64,000 nt of DNA. Source: Callorhinchus milii (Eukaryota). The stretch lies in the NCBI RefSeq assembly GCF_018977255.1, contig NW_024704742.1, forward strand, positions 53,756,001-53,820,000, read 5' to 3'. The position numbers were made by a program, and so were the translations under genes. The notes below the pieces were generated by a model, which worked only from the letters and a program-made list of their open reading frames with translations, ran no database searches and had not been told where the DNA came from. Of this stretch, positions 13,610 through 25,806 are shown piece by piece. Position 1 is the stretch's first letter; each line of letters begins with the position of its first letter.

Positions 13610-13930
13610 GCCTTCTCTCAAGACTGAAGAGTCCTAGCTTGTCTAGTCACTGCCCATAGCTCATTCCTCTGACACGGGGATCATCTCCATTGTTCTGCTC
13701 TGCACTGCCTCAAGGGCCTCGGGTCTCTCATTGCCCAAGTTTACTGTGGAAAGCCATACGATGTAGTATATCTCGGTCTCCATAAGGAATTTGAGTGTCA
13801 AATGCCTTATGAAGGCCGAGATCTACTACATCGACTTCCCACAGTAAACTTGGGCAATCACCTCCTCAAACAAATCCATTAGATTGGTCAGACAGGATCT
13901 ACCCTTTCCCTTTCTGAACCCATGTTTAAT
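13610..13930 (-). mobile_element. Rearranged CR1 ORF2 fragments containing a fold-back inversion
   Basis: 13610-13720 resembles the CR1 C-terminus. 13798-13925 reverse-translates to a DVVDLGLHKAFD-like RT motif preceded by a LTNLMDLFEEV-like segment. Confidence 0.75.
13730..13858. repeat. Near-perfect inverted repeat, ~61-65 bp arms, 3-nt loop (GTG at 13795-13797)
   Basis: Left arm attgcccaagtttactgtggaaag..cgatgtagtatatctcggtctccataaggaatttga pairs with right arm tcaaatgccttatgaaggccgagatctactacatcgacttcccacagtaaacttgggcaat. Confidence 0.95.
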
Positions 13931-16587
13931 ATCGGTTGCTATCTCTTGTTCATTCTCTTTTGCAACTCCATTTGAATGCTGTAAGTTTTAACATCTTCTC
14001 TGACTTCCTTCTTATTGTTATAATATTGAAATAATTTTAGGGGATCATGTTTTGCATTTGCTGCTATGGATCTTTCCAGTTCTCTCTTGGCTCCCCTAAT
14101 TTCATTTTTAATCTCTTTCTGTATAGTCTTGCATTCAGCCCAATGGTCACCCTTTTTTTCCCCTACCCATTATTAATTGTCTGTTACAGCTTTAATGGAT
14201 CCCAGAAAACTGGCAGAGTAGCTTCAGGAAAAATGAATAAATCAATAATTGAACTTTACTCTGAACTACAACTGAGTAAAACTCCAGCAGCTTAAGCAAG
14301 TGTACATCGCCATTACAACAACTTGCATTCATAGTAATAATAATATATTTAATAATACATTGTATAGAGCCTTTCACATCAGGAGAACATCCCACAGTGC
14401 TTTACAGGATATACTGCAAAGCGGACTGTGTGTTTTGTGGGTGAAGGAGGTAGCCAATTTGAGCACATAATATCCCACAAACAGCCATTAAGCAAATGAC
14501 CAATTTTATGTGGGGCACTGTTGACTGGTGCACCAGGAGAAACTCCCTTTTCTGATGTTCCTGATGTTCCTCCAGTATATTTACAGTACAAGTTGCTGAC
14601 TGTATTAAATGTTCACACATTGGGAAGCTCTGTAAAAATATATTTTATTTAAAAAAAAAGAAACTGGGTCAAGGAAAATCTGATATGAGGCAAAATGTTA
14701 GTTGGAAAATATATGTATCAGTGCTGTTACCGTAGTTACCTTTCCTTTTCATACCAGTTTCTCAAAATAATTCTCATAGGACTGATGTTTGTGTATCTTT
14801 TAGTTCAAATAAAATGTAATGTTTCTGCTTTATAGAACTTGAATTCAGTGAATTTGTTTTAACATTAATGTAAAGTGCATTTATCACCCACTGTTTACAA
14901 CAAATAGAAAAATGCTCCTACATAAAAAACATTTCAAAGTCAGAGAGAGATGGGGGTCGGGGGACAGGGAAGTGTCCAGAGATTGCATTACTTTGTATGC
15001 TTCGGATGAAATGATTAGCCTGGGGGCTATCTACGTAAACAGCAATGTTGGAGTTTCAACATGAATCACAGATATCTAAAGAATATAAAAATATCACTCT
15101 GCAAGAGAAAGAAAGGTGGTTAGATGCCTCTCCCAACCAATTTATTGCTTCAGAGAGAACAGGAGCACTGGAAATCTGAAAGGTAGGTAGCGTTAGGAAT
15201 GCTGGGTGTTTATGTATTTTATTTAAATCTTCAGTGTATAGATACTTCCTCTAATCTGTTCTGAAATTGGCCTTTGGAGCCCTAAACCTGTGCTCTTTTG
15301 ATCTGTTGTCAAATAACAACAAATAACAGAGAATTACGTAGACTGCAGAGGACAGAAACAAGCCATTCGGCCCAACTAGTACGTGCCTGTATTTATACTC
15401 CATAGTCTCACCTCTCCTAATCCCTTCTCCCATACTACTCTATTCCTTTGTCCCTCATGTATGCAAAGAGTTCTTGACAAAAATGTTCTCATTATCATTC
15501 TGGTCATACATTTCTACAGTGAAATACATTCACAGTACATTTTCTTTTCTAATCTGTGTACGTTATGCGCAAGACACTTTTCTTTTGACCAACACTGGTT
15601 TGATTTGTCGTAAAAGACAACAAAACCCCAATAGGAACCATAGGAAAATAAAACTAAAATTGTGAACTTTTAGAATAAAATGTAAAAATTCTCTCTCTGG
15701 GACATTGGTTTGACACTTTGGCAGATCCACTTGGATCTTCAGATAAAAACAAAAAATCTGTAACTAAACCTAATGTGACAATGGTTTTTCCTCCTACATT
15801 GTTCCTCAATGTAAGTTGGACATTAAACACAATTCTCCCTTTGATGGTTTATTTCAACTACATCTAAAACACTTTTAAAAATGTTGTAGCAATTCCTCTT
15901 GCAGCAATTGTTTTTTGTAGGATTTTTGCCATGCAATTCTCTTACATTGTCCCTATAAAAATAAATAATCCTTATATTTGATAAAGTGCCTTATCGCATC
16001 TTCAAGACATCACAAAACGCTTCACAGAATATATTGTAAAGTGCAGTGACTATATTTTGTGGGTGAAACGTGGCAGCCAATGGCACACAGCAGTGTCCTA
16101 CAAATAGTCGTGGATTAAGTGATCAAATTATTATTATTATTTTGGAGTACTGTAGCATAGTGGTTAGCAAGCTCGCCTTGAAAACGAGAGGACTCGGGTT
16201 CGATCCCCAGTCGCCTTGAAACCCCAGACAAGCCTCCTCACTCCATAGACATGCCCCTGTCCACCTATGTGCTCTTCAACATAATGTAGCTTTCATGTAT
16301 AATTTCACAGAATTTTACGCAAAAGATAATTAAATATTGAAGTCAGATGAAACCGCACACTTCTCTCTATAATTGTTGTTTGCATTAACTAGATGGTATT
16401 CAAATTTTTTTATTAAGTAAGTTAAACTGTTCTTCAAGTGTAGAGACACTTTTTCAGATGTGCTTTTCTTATTCCTGTGATACAGATACACATGGAGGGG
16501 CCTAATCCAGCAGATTTAGAGCATCCTTTAGAGCAGGTTACCTTTGGTGTTCTAGTTTAGAACAATCATATAGTAATAATAATAATC

Positions 16588-16670
16588 CAGTTCTGATGAA
16601 AGGTCATCAACGTGAAACATGAACTCATTTTCCTCTCTCCATTGATGCTCCCAGCAACTTCTGTTTTTAT
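16588..16670 (+). mobile_element. Short Penelope-like repeat fragment with a degenerate minimal hammerhead core
   Basis: agttCTGATGAaaggtcatcaacgtGAAAcatgaact...ctctctccattgatgct...ttctgtttttat sits inside the tail of a minus-strand SINE. Confidence 0.5.
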
Positions 16671-17264
16671 AATAATTCTTGCATATGATATAGAGCCTTA
16701 TCATGTTGTTGAGACATCTCAAAGCACTTCACAGGATATACTGTAACTGAAAGTGTAGAGACTGTGTATTTTTGGGCAAAACACTTTGCCATACAGCAAG
16801 TGACCGAAAAGTAATTATAAAACTACAAAATAAAATTACAAAGTTGTTCCAGCAGCTCTATTTTAAAAAAANTCCTCTTGGTTGTTTAAAATTCAAGATG
16901 ATAGTGATACACAGTTAAAACTGCTGGAGGGAAAAAACATTCTCCAGAAGTCAAAGACTTGTTCAGCTCCAAATCTATTAAGAACAGAAAAAANGAACAA
17001 CCACAGACTATGTACCTCGCCGGTGATAATTATCACATCATACACTGCAAATATCCCCTCAATCAGCAAAGCAATCGTTATGGGTATACATTTGGCTAAT
17101 GTTACCAACTTAATAAGTAAGTTTAGTTTTAATGATGAATCTAATTAATACTCTGCAGGTAAGATTTTGTTTTAGAAAACTGCAGAAGGTAATTTCTCAG
17201 GACCTTTACTGTTGGCTGAGTGGTAGGCCCATTGCCTGGTGTGGTAGAGAGCTGTACACCTTGG

Positions 17265-17480
17265 GGCATATGCCTAACACAGTTGGTGGTACTCTCGCCT
17301 CTAAGTCAGAAGCTTGTGGATTCAAATTCCGCAAATGGACTTTGAATTCATGTAGTCTAGGCTAACACTCCAATGCAATGCTGAGGGTTGCTGCATTATT
17401 GGATGTGCATCCTTTGGACGAGACATTAAACCAAGGCCCCTTCTTCCTGTTCAGGTGGATGTTAAAGATTCCTGACCATT
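17265..17480 (+). mobile_element. Old SacSINE1-like SINE 5' half; remainder probably at 18060-18105 after an L2 insertion
   Basis: actctcgcctctaagtcagaag...tctaggctaacactccaatgcaatgctgaggg...gagacattaaaccaaggcccc...caggtggatgttaaagat. Confidence 0.75.
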
Positions 17481-17599
17481 ATTGGCTTTCGTCACCTCCT
17501 GTCTCAGTTATTCCAATGCCCTCTTCAAAGTCTCCTCAACTCTACTATTCACAGAATCCAATTAATCCAATTAATTAATGAATTAAACGCTTTGTTGCA

Positions 17600-18060
17600 T
17601 GCTCTAAAACACCTGCTCTAAACTCCATATCCCACCATCCCAGTCCTCACCAGACTCCACTGGTTCCCTATTACGGAACAGATTGTTTTCAAGATCCTCA
17701 CACTCACTTTCATGCCCTGACATCTCTGACATGCTTACTCCCCAAACATAACAACAAATTGCATTTATGTAGCACCTTTCACATTGGGAAAATGTTGCAA
17801 GGCACTAAAATTCCAGTCCACTACCTGCTGCCTTTTCAATCATACTTTCAAACACTATGTCCCAAAACTATGGAATTCTCTCCCTCAATTCCTCCACCTT
17901 GCCTTCTCCTTCCCCACCTTCAGATCACATCTGAAGATTTTCCTCTTTGATTGTGTCTACGGTCACTTCCCCACCTGCTCAGTGTTAATCTCCATCACTA
18001 CTAAGCGCTCAAGACGTTACCCCACATAAAGGATGCTGTATAAATGCAAACTGTTGTTGT
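17600..18060 (+). mobile_element. L2 LINE 3' fragment
   Basis: ctccactggttccctatt...ttcaagatcctc (LHWxP..FKIL-like); tail taaatgcaaactgttgttgtt. Confidence 0.75.
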
Positions 18061-18107
18061 TATTATTGAAAAGGGAGCTTCTCCTGATATCCTGATCAAC
18101 AATCATT

Positions 18108-18720
18108 CAACAACAACAACTTGCATTTATATAGAAGCCTTTATAAGCGTCATGAAGCGCATAACAATGATATAATTTGCTGCCGAGCAGGGAAAGGGAA
18201 GGTGACTGGAGGCCTAGTTGAATATGAAAGTCTTCACGTGTGATATGAAGATGGGTAAAAAGAGGGCAAGGCAGAGAGATAGAGGTTGGGAGTTTCAGAG
18301 TTTTAGGGCATAGCCTGGACACTGAAGGTGAAGATGAACGGTAGGAGCTGGCTGAGCAAAGTATATGTGTGAGCAGTTAGGAGCGGTAGGGAGGTGCCAG
18401 GGCATGAAATGATTTGTACAGCAGTGTGACGATCTTGAAATCAATTTGTTCTGCAACAGGGAGTCATTGAACCTGGGAAGGACTGGTGTGATCGGTTGTA
18501 GAGTTTGGAACAGGTGAGGATATGGGTGGCAGAGATTTGAATCAGTTGGACTTTGTGAATGGTAGTGCTGAGAGAACAATGAGGAGAGCATTGGAGAAAT
18601 CGAGACAGCAGATGACGAAGGCGTGGATGAGGGTTTCAGCAGCATTGATTGTGAGATATGTTCAGATGTGGGGAATGTGGTGGAGGTGAAGGAAAGCGGT
18701 ACTGGTGAGGAAATGAGGTA
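18108..18720 (-). mobile_element. L2 LINE 3' fragment
   Basis: (CAA)n tail with ttgcatttatatag. The reverse complement of the body matches the TLIHAFVxxxLD and WLP regions of the other L2 copies. Confidence 0.82.
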
Positions 18721-18992
18721 ATATGTCGCCAAGAATAATTTCTTCACACAAAAGGTTGGGAAAATGTGGAATGCTCTGCCCAGATATCAATAGAAATTAA
18801 ATCAATAGGGATATTTAAAAGAGAGATATTTGGGTACTAGAGGGCTAAAGGTAACAAAGAGACAGGGTTTTGGTATGAAAAGAGCTGCCAAGATTTAAAA
18901 GTTGATGAAACCAGCTCAATTGGCTGAATGGGACTCTCTTGTTTATGTCTTCCTATGTTCCTAAGATTGCATCATCCTATGTTCCTAGATTG

Positions 18993-19103
18993 CCTAGGTT
19001 ACTGAGGTGACAAAGCAATTCAGTAAATCCACTGAAAACCAAAATCTTGCGCTGGTGCACTGATCATATGTATTATTTGTAACTGTGTAGAATATTAAAA
19101 TGC
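18993..19103 (+). repeat. Local direct duplication, copy 1 (copy 2 at 19905-20047)
   Basis: cctaggttactgaggtgacaaagcaat ... tgcgctggtgcactgat ... atgtattatttgtaactgtgtagaatattaaaatgc is present in both copies. Confidence 0.92.
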
Positions 19104-19474
19104 TATGCATGAAGTGGCAAAAACTTGCTTCAAACACATGTATAGTTAGTTTCTGCATAAAATTATTTTAAAAATATTTTCAGTGTTACAAAAGAACCTT
19201 TCACATAAGAAACTGTTATATCTTTATTAGCATGGTTAACTTGAGAAGTTTGATTTGTGCAGTAGTTTACTAAAATGATTTTACATTCACATTAGTAAGT
19301 TTAAAAATGGCCTTCATGGAAATTTAAATGGGGGAAGGTTGGAAAGAAATCTCCTAGTTTTCATCTGTTTTCATCCCAGTTGTGTGAAGTCTAAGAATTG
19401 GTGATAACATAATAATATGGCTTAGTGCTTTAAAACACCAACGGACCCACACTCACTCACTCACTTACACACAC

Positions 19475-19795
19475 AAGTAAGGGGACCTGAGTTCAATTCC
19501 TGAGTGGGGCGAAACCCTAGCCAAGTTTCCTTACTCCACACACATGCCTCTGTTTACCTAGCAGTAAGTAGGAACCCGCTTCTTAGTTGATTGGAGGATT
19601 GCTTTCCAGGGTAATAATCCCTTCAAAAATAATAAGAATAACATGGTCACTCAATCCACAACTGTTTGTGGGACACTGCTCTGTGCAATTGGCTGTCTTG
19701 TTTTGCCCACGTACACTTTACAATATATCCTGGAAGCACTTTGAGATGTCTCGACGATATGATAAGGCGCTGTATCAAATGCAAGGATTCTCGAT
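19475..19795 (+). mobile_element. tRNA/Deu SINE, long form
   Basis: Contains gacctgagttcaattcc, aagtttccttactccacac, cctagcagtaagtaggaaccc, the Deu block and aaatgcaaggatt. Confidence 0.85.
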
Positions 19796-19904
19796 AACAG
19801 TATTAACAACAAAAAACAATGTCCCATTTACCAACCACTTCAATGACACATATGTCCCTTGATGAAAAGAGATTGTGAGACAACTCATCAGAATACATTT
19901 CCTT

Positions 19905-20047
19905 CCTAGGTTACTGAGGTGACAAAGCAATGACTAGATGGACATACAGAATGCAATTGTTTTTCAATAAATCAACTGAGAAACAAAATTGTGCGCTGGT
20001 GCACTGATTACATGTATTATTTGTAACTGTGTAGAATATTAAAATGC
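19905..20047 (+). repeat. Local direct duplication, copy 2
   Basis: Same sequence as 18993-19103 plus ~32 extra bp bracketed by GCAAT. Confidence 0.92.
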
Positions 20048-20950
20048 AAGCCCTACTCAGCAGCACAAAAGGTTACCTCCATGCAAAAAAGGTAGTATTT
20101 GTTAAATGGATCTGATTTCATTGTTGTTATGAAAATCTTTATGCAACAGTTAGCTAAGTCATGCCGAAATGACCCTGGAAAAAATGATACATTGATAAGC
20201 GTGACTGGGTCATTCAGAATCAGATAGCTCTAGGTACGAGAATGAAAAATAGGTGAGGGAAATGTCAGAACTGTTATAAACCAAGCACAGAGAACGTATT
20301 TGGTACATGACATTGGGGGTGAAATGGTAATGTGGTTAGTTCTGACATGACAGATACTCCAGGCCTCGACTAGCCAAGGTTGTCTGACGTCTTTTGCATT
20401 GAAACTGTACTGCGGAGTCTTGAACATTGCATATTCCATGGTGACAAATAGCCTGGTGCAAAACATTTCTTTATCGGTGGCCTTGTTATGTTCCCCCCTT
20501 TTCCTCATTATCATCTTTTATTACTGATATCAACATTGACCTTTTTATCCAGACAGAAAAGGAACACTGATATGAGAAAGAATCACAGCTCTCTTTGATA
20601 AAAATGCAATTTGATTCTCATGGGAAACATACTGCAGGGATGGAGGAAGGCGCTCACATAGAAGCGAATGTACATCAAGATCAGAATTAAGCTGGCAGAC
20701 AAACAACCAAACAAGGAGCATAGTGCATCATTAGCTGCTGGCTGGCATTAGAGGTAACACGCTGCTCAATATATCAAAGTTAAACTTCAGTCATCAACCT
20801 GTCAGATTTCCATTTGATAGTCCTGCAAAGGCAACAGTCGTGATATTCTCCTGGAGAAAACATAGCAGAGGCTTAAACTTTTTTTCTAAAGTCATGAATT
20901 TGTCTCAAAGCTTGTCAATCACCTCTCAACAAAGGATGGTGACTTAGAAT

Positions 20951-21385
20951 GTCAGCTTGGCTCAGTTGGAAGCACTTTTATCTCTGAGTCAGAAAGTTGT
21001 AGGTTCAAATCCCACATCGGGACCTGAACTCACATCGTCTAGGATGACATTCATTGCAGTGCTGGGGGGATGTTGCATTAGCAGTGGTGCTGTCCTTCTG
21101 AGGAGATGTTAAACTAATATCCTGTCCGTCTGTCCAAATGGACATGAAACATACCATGTTGCTGCTTGAAAAGAGAAGGGAGTTTCTCTTGGGATACTGG
21201 CCAACAATACCCCAGGAAAAAATGGTCAGAAAAAAATTAGTTTCATTTGTGTTTGTGGGATATTGCTGTGTGTGATTGGGCTGCCACATTTGCTTACACA
21301 GTCACTCCACTTTACAATAAATCCTGTAAAAGGCTTTGAGGTGTCTTCCTGGTGTTTAAGGTGCTATTTTAAATGAAAAGAATAA
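20951..21385 (+). mobile_element. Old SacSINE1-like Deu-domain SINE, near full length
   Basis: tRNA-like head gcttggctcagttggaagcact..ctctgagtcagaa..ggttcaaatcccac, then tctaggatgacat, then Deu block tgtttgtgggatattgctgtgtg..ggctgcc. Confidence 0.82.
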
Positions 21386-21468
21386 TATTAACGCCCCAGT
21401 TTCCAGAGGTGCTGCAGCTGGGTTACTCCAATATTCACTTTCTAATTTACACACAAAAAACTGGCAAC

Positions 21469-21844
21469 AATAATAATAATAATAATCCTTGTATTTGATA
21501 TAATGCCTTATCATTACTTTGAGAAATCTCAAAGTGCTTCACAGAATATACTGTAAAGTGAATTGACTGTACATTTTGTGGGCGAAACAAGGCAGCCAAT
21601 TGGGTACAGCAGTGGTCCACAAATAGTCGTGGATTGAGTGACCAAATTATTATTATTGATTGAAGTGATTACTACCCTCAGAAAATCGATATGACAATCG
21701 ACTAACATCCGGGTTCCTACTTACTGTTAGGTAAACAGAGGTGTGTGGAGTAAGGAAACTTGCCCAAAGTTTCGCCCTGCCTGGGAATCGAACCGAGGTC
21801 CTCTTGCTTGCGAGGCAATTGCTCTAACCACTGCAGGACTCCAC
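21469..21844 (-). mobile_element. tRNA/Deu SINE, long form, full length
   Basis: Runs from an (AAT)n tail at the left to gctctaaccact..caggactccac at the right. Confidence 0.9.
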
Positions 21845-22200
21845 AAATGGAATCAATTCTCTGGAAGCAAACCCGTATAATATTTGTAGGTTTTCAACTG
21901 TACATCATTAACATGTTTTAGGTTTTATTAATAAGAAGGTGAATTAGTCGATATCGTGAACAATCTACACAGAGTTTGAATAAAAGAACTACAGTTATCC
22001 CTATGATAAGGTGATGATTGGGACCCCATAAATTGCCAGCCTGCCTTAAAATGGGACCCACACAAGAGGGTTTTATATCACGGAACAAAGGACTGGCCCT
22101 CTCACTGAACAAGCATACAGAAGGCCATGCGACTTCTCTTGATGTTACTGCTGCTGTACAGTATCGTCAGGAAATACAATGTCTGTGCTACTATAGTGTT

Positions 22201-22497
22201 GTGATGATGGGATTTGAAAAATGGCAATAAGATTTGAAGAAAGACGATGGGATTTGAAGAATGATGATGGGATTCGTAGTATGACGATGGGATATGAAGC
22301 ATGACGATGGGATTTGAAGAATGATGATGTGATTTGAAGCATAACAATAGGATATAAAGCATGGTAAATGGGATTTGACGAATGATGATAGGATTTGAAG
22401 AATGATGATGTGATTTAAAGAATGACGATGGGATTTGAAGCATGCCGAAGAATTTGAAGCCTGGCAATGGAATTTGAAGCACGATGACGGGATTTGT
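22201..22497 (+). repeat. 20-bp minisatellite, ~15 diverged units, consensus ~ATGAYGATGGGATTTGAAGM
   Basis: gatttgaag recurs every ~20 bp (atgacgatgggatttgaaga, atgatgatgtgatttgaagc, ...). Confidence 0.95.
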
Positions 22498-23389
22498 ATT
22501 TTCAGGCAAGAATATGTCAGAGACAGCTACCAATCTATGTGTTAAATTGTCAATGGAACAGCTGGATGTGGACCTTCTCCCAAAGCCATTTGCAATTGTT
22601 GTAGTCGGCTATAGGTCAGGCCATACAATGGTGACGGTATTGGACTGTTACTTGGCAGATTTATCCAGATTTTTTTATTCAGCTAAGTCAATGCCTCACC
22701 AAGTTTCTTTCCAACAATGGACACGATTCTCCAAATGAGGTCTGACTACTCAGCATAACCGCAACCAATACCACAATATCTATTCTATTCTGTAGCGCTG
22801 TATTCAATAGTACTAATTGTTTTTCCTAACAACAATAAAACATGGACTATTTATTCAACAGGTGCTAGGAAGACAAGGAAGCTGTGTTTTTCTATACAGT
22901 AAATGTTGGTGGAGTGTAAAATATCTATTAGATGTATTAATCTAGACTTTTGTAACAGAAAGTAGCTGTGCTCCCCATCATCACTCTGGCGATGCACTTT
23001 GCACAAATAGGTAAGAGAATCTTTGTAGTGGCTGTCTCAATGCAATTTGATCAGCAAAATCCAGAGTCAACTTGATATAACTGGATTAAGTTTGAAAAAA
23101 AGATACATTTTCTCTCCAGGTTCTAGCTTGTTTGACTGTCTCCCTTTCTCTCTCTCTCCGTCTTTCCATATTCAGAGAATTAATGCTTGAAACATAGTCA
23201 TAAACATATGAATATACATGGAATAGATCATCAGCTGTGGCTCCCAGTATCTTAGAATAACTGCTAATGACCATGTTGCATGCTTGACAGTACAAAACAC
23301 TTTTCAAGGTTTTTGTACAAGAAGAGCTATACTCTACTGTTTGTTCACCCAGTGGCTCACTTCAAATTCTTATTGCTGAGCCAGTCAGA

Positions 23390-23970
23390 CTATAATAATA
23401 ACAATAATCCTTGCATTTAATATAGCGCGTTATCATGTCTTTGAGATGTCTCAAATTGCTTCTCAGAATATACTGTAAAGTAAAATTGACTATATATTTT
23501 GTGGGCGAAACGCACCCACAATACAGTCAATTGTTGGCTAGGAAACCAGGAGAAACTCCTTACTTGTTTAGCGCCTTGTGACGTTCCCCTGACGTGACAG
23601 GCGCTATAGAAATGTAATTTCTTGTTGATGTTGTTGAATAGTGCCATGAGATCTTTAACATCCACCTATACAAGCAGATGGGACTTTAGCTTAGCCTCAT
23701 TCGAAGGACAGCAATGTCTACAGTATGGTGCTCTCCCACTACAGCTCTGAAATGTCACCCTCAACTATGAATTCAAAAACCTGGCATGGATCTTGAACCC
23801 ATGATCTTCTGATCCAGAGACGAGAGCCATAGATTTGTGTTGTGACTGAATGCAGGCTTCAATTTGTCCTGAACATCTGAAGGAGCAACAAATATACAGT
23901 CACTACACTTCATCTTAAATCCTGTGAAACACTTTGAGATGTCCTTCCAACATGAAAGGTAGGGCAAGAA
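23390..23970. mobile_element. Cluster of nested SINE and L2-tail fragments
   Basis: Minus SINE tail 23390-23525; plus L2 tail agcgccttgtgacgttcccctgacgtgacaggcgc..(TTG)n at ~23570-23636; minus old SINE body 23637-23830; plus SINE tail to ~23980. Confidence 0.7.
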
Positions 23971-25499
23971 TTATTATTATTTAATCAGGTATGACAGTGA
24001 ATTAAAAGTCAGGTTAAAAGAGGAAGTATGTGGAAAAATAAGATATGAACGTTGAGCACTGATGCTCACCAACAATCTTGTTGTAAATATTATCCAGGGA
24101 AAGGGAGTTCATGGACAGAAGGCTAAAGGCAGGCTTGATGGACAGTGAGATAGTGTTACTACCAGGAAGGATAGCTGGGAAACAGACAGCTAATCACAGA
24201 CAATATATCGCATCTAGAATCAGCCAGCTCAGCAATACTGATGTTAACCTTTTTTTAATGCTGGCTCAATTGTTTCATTGATATTAACAACGCTAGGCAA
24301 TAAGCACATTGCTAATAGAGAGAAGAATAACACTCAGAGAAAGAGATAAAAATCAAAAAAAGCTATGCTCTGATGACTTTATTTTCGAAGCATGATGACA
24401 TTTCAGTTTTGCAATACGGTAGATTAACCGCACCCTACAGACTGGATATATACTTGCTAGCTGTGATGGCTTGAAAACTGTTACTGGTGGGCCATGAGTG
24501 TCCTAAGGTAGTGATGGCAGAAAAAACAAAGCACTGAAGCAACCTCTGTATGTTCCTCTGTACATGGGGCATGGATGCAAAGTGTAGAGAGGTGCCAGTC
24601 TGGAATGTGCACTGCCTGAAAGGGCCGTGGGAAGCAAATTCAATAATAACTTTCAAAAGGGAATTGGATATATACTTGAAAAGGAAAGAAATTGCAAGGC
24701 TGTGGGGAAAGAGCTGGGAATGAGACTGATTGGGTAGCTCTTTCAAAGAGCCGACACAGATATGATGGCCCAAATGGCCTCCTTATGGACTGTAAGATTC
24801 TATGATCCTATGATCTTTGGTTGAGTTTAGACTCAGCTAAATTCATCATCCATGGCTGATTGTGACCAGTGAAGAAGAGCCCAAAGCTATATTAAAAAAA
24901 AGTATCAGTGGGAGGCTTCTGGTGACCCCAACCTGCCAAATGACCTGCTTTCTATAGTCTTAGCAAATTGACAGAAAACACTGATGGACGCAGAGATGAT
25001 ATGATCCACAACTCATGTAATAATAATGCATAAATGAAATTGATCATGGGTGCTTATGGGACATTGCTGTGTGCAAATTGGCTGCTGTGTTCGTCTACAA
25101 AATCCACAGTTATTACGCTTTAGGGTAACTCCAGTGAAGTGCTTTTAGATGTCTCGATGACTTAATAAACCACTACATAAAATGCAAGGATTATTATTAG
25201 ATTATAATAATGCTTACATTTTTTACATATTACCATATCATGTCAAAATGTCCTAAAGCAATGCGCACAGATTTATTTTAAATATAGTAATTTGTTATGT
25301 CCAAAGAATCAGCTGCTAGTCTGTACTACCAACATCCCACAAATAAACTGATTTATGAAATAAATAGCAAATTAATCATAATTTTGTGGCTTGGGGTGAA
25401 GAAGGAATACTGGCCTAAATATCAGGAGTACTCCTCACTCCTGCTCCTATTTCTTATGTTCTCATGTACACCACTACTTCCAACAAGGGCAAATCTGAA

Positions 25500-25806
25500 T
25501 CTATCTTTTCCATCTGCTCCTTTGCTCAGCTGGCTCTGGCCTCCTACATGCACCTCTCCCATCCATTCCACCTTTCGAGGCTGTGCTTTCCGCCACGACG
25601 CCCCAAGATTCTGGAACTCTCTGCCTCAATCCTTCTGCCTTGCCACCTCCTTGTCCACTTTCAGATCACACCTGAAGACCTTCCTCTTCCACCATGCCTA
25701 TGGTCACTTCCCCTCTTTCCTTGGCTAAGTGTCAAGCTCTGCCACTGTTAAGCATTTCGATAGGCTATCCCACAGGAAAGGCACTATATAAATGGAAGTT
25801 GTTGAT
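25500..25806 (+). mobile_element. L2 3' end
   Basis: Encodes AFRHDAPRFWNSLPQS...FRSHLKTFLF, followed by tail ataaatggaagttgttg. Confidence 0.82.

Noticed and set aside
16893..17108. Hydrophobic minus-strand ORF with possible donor GAG|GTACAT
   Set aside because: No polypyrimidine acceptor and no recognisable homology; more likely non-coding.
22201..22497. CRISPR-like array or His/Ser-rich repeat protein (ORF 22102-22533)
   Set aside because: The units are contiguous 20-mers without spacers, the context is eukaryotic and the period is not divisible by 3.
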